Shown: positions 61,282 through 64,000 of the stretch, one piece after another
Layout of the letters: every line of letters starts with the position of its first letter
Numbering within the stretch: the first letter of the stretch is position 1
Origin: Thermoguttaceae bacterium
GTDB taxonomy: Bacteria; Planctomycetota; Planctomycetia; Pirellulales; Thermoguttaceae
Length of the DNA: 64,000 nucleotides
Reading direction: 5' to 3'
Assembly: GCA_050013075.1 (NCBI GenBank)
Contig: JBEKFZ010000005.1
Span: 16,065 to 80,064, forward strand
The notes under the pieces: model-generated
Databases searched by the model: none
What the model saw: the letters and a program-made list of their open reading frames with translations, nothing else
What the model was told of the DNA's origin: nothing
Made by a program: the position numbers and the translations under genes

Positions 61282-61671
61282 TCAATCGAATTCAGTGTTC
61301 TTGTGAAAGAACCGGGCAACTTCCGTCTTGGACGTTTCGCCACGGGCAACCGCCAACACCAGGTCGGCATATTCATCCTGGTCGGCGGTGATTTGTATCT
61401 TATTTAGGGCAAGGAATACATAGGCTGCAACCGCACCAACCCGTTTGTTACCGTCGATAAATGGACGATTTTGAACAATATGGAATAAATACGCTGCCGC
61501 CATTTCACATAAGTTTCCATGTAGATACTTCCCACTAAAACCTGCGGCCGGCATTGCAATAGCCGAGTGAAGCAGGTCCCAGTCCCGGATGCCTTCCGAT
61601 CCGCCATATCGGGCGATTTGATCCCTATGAATGGCGATTATCTCCTCCAGAGTGAGAAACGTCGGTTGCAC
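61282..61671 (-). CDS. doc: Doc (death-on-curing) Fic-family toxin
   Basis: HIVQNRPFIDGNKRVGAVAAYVFL is the Fic/Doc motif HxFx(D/N)GNKR. Confidence 0.85.
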   Translation of the reverse strand: MQPTFLTLEEIIAIHRDQIARYGGSEGIRDWDLLHSAIAMPAAGFSGKYLHGNLCEMAAAYLFHIVQNRPFIDGNKRVGAVAAYVFLALNKIQITADQDEYADLVLAVARGETSKTEVARFFHKNTEFD

Positions 61672-61683
61672 GGCAGAGCTCCC

Positions 61684-61911
61684 TTATTCCGCGAGCCGTT
61701 TAAGGGCTTTTCCGTACCGCCGATTGCAGGCATCCAATGCTGCATCGAACTGCTTGCGATGTTTCTTTTTGTGCGAAGGCACAACAACCAGCGCTTTGCC
61801 GTCGGTTGATATATCAAGAGGCGTACCGTCGTCGATGCCGAGCAATTCCAGAATGGAACGGTCGATCACCAACGCCAGACTATTGCCATGTTTGCTCAAT
61901 TTTTTAATCAT
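61684..61911 (-). CDS. AbrB/MazE-type antitoxin
   Basis: From the internal M: MIKKLSKHGNSLALVIDRSILELLGID (SpoVT/AbrB swapped-hairpin motif). Lies 12 nt upstream of doc. Confidence 0.8.
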   Translation of the reverse strand: MIKKLSKHGNSLALVIDRSILELLGIDDGTPLDISTDGKALVVVPSHKKKHRKQFDAALDACNRRYGKALKRLAE

Positions 61912-62066
61912 TTTGGCACCTGCTGGAAAATGGGAGCAGACTATTAATGACGTTATAACAATGTATAACCTTTTGTACACTCAGTCAAGCGGTATCATGA
62001 CTTCACTCGATAAATGACTTGCACTCTAACAAAACCATCTCTGTTTCTTTCTTAATTTTCTTAGAG

Positions 62067-62194
62067 CCTATCCCAAAACAATAATGTCATTCTGAGCGAA
62101 GCGAAGAATCTAGAAGGGACATATGACTAAAATGGGTAATATATTGCCAAATACGGAGATCCTTCGCTACGCTCAGGATGACTTTTGGGATAGG
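62067..62194. repeat. MITE-like 128-bp palindromic element
   Basis: Outer arms CCTATCCCAAAA / TTTTGGGATAGG. Inner arms GTCATTCTGAGCGAAGCGAAGAATC / GATCCTTCGCTACGCTCAGGATGAC (3 mismatches). Confidence 0.75.
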
Positions 62195-62758
62195 TTCTTA
62201 ATTTGATACTCCTCTTGTAATCCCGCGTGAATGGTCGCAACCGCATAGATTGTCTACAGTTAAACAATGACGTTATCTTCACCCCCCCTACCCCCGCCCC
62301 AGTACGGATTTTTGTGATTTTTTACCAAAACGTTGAACATTTTGGTGGAAGGGGGTAAAGGATAGATAAGCAGAAATTACCCCTTCTTACTTGGTACATT
62401 CAGCGAGGCAGCGTTTTTTTGGCCCTGTGATATTTTTGCGGATTGTTCACAAAACATTATCACTGGGTCATTCTTTTTGATGAGCCTTTCGTGAAAGGCT
62501 TTTCCTTGATTTCGTTTTGCGGGACCCAATATGAGGCAGCATTGTAGCATTTAGCCCTGGTTGTATGCGGTACATGGCACGGTGATGCCGTGGGTGCTTA
62601 TTTCGCGATTTACCGCAATCGGCCGTTCTCGGGCTGGGTGTTTTCCCTTGATCGTTGGATCGGCGGATGTCGCCTTGTACACCGCCCGTCGATGGTTTCT
62701 GTTTTTCGTTATTTTTCATAATTCATACATGTTTTCAAATAACGCAAAGGAGAGAACG

Positions 62759-63808
62759 ATGAGATTGAAGATTTTGAGTACATCATTGCTGGCGGTCGCC
62801 CTTTTGGTTTCGGCTGTCAATGTGGCCCTGGGTGGCGATCACGCCCCATGGCCAAGTGACTGGAACAATTGGAACGACCCTGCCCTTTGGGCAACCGTGG
62901 GCAATCCGGGCAACAACCCCGACACGCGCTACAACAACATTTCCGTCGGCGCGGTATCCTATTCATACAAAATCGGCAAGTTCGAGGTCACGGCAGGGCA
63001 GTACACAGCGTTCCTCAATGCCATGGCAAAGACCGACACTTACGGATTGTATAATGCCCACATGTGGTCAAACGGTGAATGCAAGATCCAACAGAGCGGT
63101 AGTTCTGGCTCTTATACCTATTCCGTGGCATCGGATTATGCCAACCGGCCGGTGAGCTATGTCTCCTGGGGCGATGCGGCTCGCTTCTGCAATTGGCTCA
63201 GCAACGGCAAGCCGTCCGGAGCACAGGTAGCCTCGACCACCGAAGACGGCTCGTACTACCTCAACGGTGCGACGAGTAATTCGGATCTGATGACGGTGAT
63301 CCGCAAGGCGAACGCTACCTTTGTGATTCCCACGGAGGATGAGTGGTACAAGGCGGCGTACTACAAAGGAGGCGGAACGAACGCCGGTTACTGGGATTAC
63401 CCGACCGGGACGAACTCTGTGCCCAGCAACCTGCTCACGAGTCCGGACCCGGGGAACAACGCCAACTTTTACTTTTATCAAAGTGGATATACGATCGGTT
63501 ATCCATATGGGCGGACCGAAGTTGGCGCATTCACAAACTCGGCCAGTCCCTACGGCACGTTCGACCAAAGCGGCAACGTATCGGAATGGGATGAGACAAA
63601 GGTAAGTGGGGAGCGTGGTTTGCGTGGCGGGTCGTTCGACTGCGTCTCGACCTTCTTGGCCGCCTCCGACCGGTACTACTACTCCCCGCAGTCAGAGATC
63701 GGCGACATGGGCTTCCGCGTGGCATATGTTCCTGAGCCGGGTAGCATTGTCATGTTGCTTTCGATCATTGTGTGTGGGTTGATGTATTGGAATCGCCGTA
63801 AGGCTTAA
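62759..63808 (+). CDS. Formylglycine-generating-enzyme (SUMF1/FGE) family protein with PEP-CTERM anchor
   Basis: From the internal M with an AAGGAGAG Shine-Dalgarno sequence: a signal peptide, KIGKFEVTAGQYTAFLNA...ANRPVSYVSWGDAARFCNWLS...GLRGGSF (FGE-sulfatase fold motifs), then C-terminal VPEPGSIVMLLSIIVCGLMYWNRRKA. Confidence 0.8.
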   Translation: MRLKILSTSLLAVALLVSAVNVALGGDHAPWPSDWNNWNDPALWATVGNPGNNPDTRYNNISVGAVSYSYKIGKFEVTAGQYTAFLNAMAKTDTYGLYNAHMWSNGECKIQQSGSSGSYTYSVASDYANRPVSYVSWGDAARFCNWLSNGKPSGAQVASTTEDGSYYLNGATSNSDLMTVIRKANATFVIPTEDEWYKAAYYKGGGTNAGYWDYPTGTNSVPSNLLTSPDPGNNANFYFYQSGYTIGYPYGRTEVGAFTNSASPYGTFDQSGNVSEWDETKVSGERGLRGGSFDCVSTFLAASDRYYYSPQSEIGDMGFRVAYVPEPGSIVMLLSIIVCGLMYWNRRKA

Positions 63809-63828
63809 CTTGGATTATTCACGAATTT

Positions 63829-63894
63829 ACACTAGCCCGAAGCGCAGCGAGGGTAACCAATTTGCAGCCCCTCGCTTGCGCTTCGGGCTAGTGT
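63829..63894. repeat. REP-like long hairpin / terminator after the FGE gene
   Basis: ACACTAGCCCGAAGCGCAGCGAGGG pairs with CCCTCGCTTGCGCTTCGGGCTAGTGT (one bulge). Confidence 0.75.
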
Positions 63895-64000
63895 TCCGCT
63901 AAAGTCCGCGCGTGTTCATATGCGGTGTTTTTATCGGTTGGATGTGGTGGCGACGCCGCAAGTAGAACCCCTTGATCATAAACTAGGCGGATGTAATTTT

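Overview
All domain calls below come from motifs read by eye; no homology search was run.

**Likely source.** The window reads like a Planctomycetota chromosome. It has a DUF1559 prepilin-type H-X9-DG protein, a DUF1580-like HTH protein, five PEP-CTERM tails and GC-rich REP-like palindromes.

**Core flanks.**
- Left: addA (partial, runs off the window edge), addB, a DUF1559 gene and tRNA-Leu(CAG).
- Right: tRNA-Pro(CGG), a C_GCAxxG_C_C protein, a GNAT, SRP RNA-dnaX-ybaB-recR, rpoN, a Doc/AbrB toxin-antitoxin pair and an FGE-type PEP-CTERM protein.

**Foreign DNA (about 47 kb, stacked at the 3' end of tRNA-Pro).**
- A roughly 43-kb element (12046-55054) is bounded by perfect 44-bp direct repeats of the tRNA 3' half. 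A tyrosine integrase sits next to the intact tRNA.
- An older segment (about 7587-12045) ends at a 17-bp relic of the same tRNA end. It carries a 931-aa fusion of a RecB/TM0106-type nuclease with an IS66-type transposase.

**Contents of the young element.**
- A P4-like replication/packaging module without virion structural genes: AEP primase-SF3 helicase with internal iterons, ParB-like protein, GT-A-like protein, sulfotransferase, AAA_5 and clamp-loader-like ATPases, and TerS/TerL.
- Stress and surface cargo: Csp, VanZ, DinB and PEP-CTERM proteins.
- A defence-island-like stretch: Abi-alpha-hsdMSR, a lysine-rich H1-like gene, a SIR2-like gene, two exported/membrane proteins, a PD-(D/E)XK nuclease and a PLD nuclease.
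- A low-GC 5.7-kb cassette (DUF3800 plus orphan genes) bracketed by about 165-bp inverted repeats.

**Best candidates for something undescribed.**
- The co-directional gene string headed by the SIR2-like gene, next to the type I R-M operon.
- The overlapping ParB-like/GT-A-like/sulfotransferase operon.
- The nuclease-transposase fusion.
- The inverted-repeat-bracketed orphan cassette.
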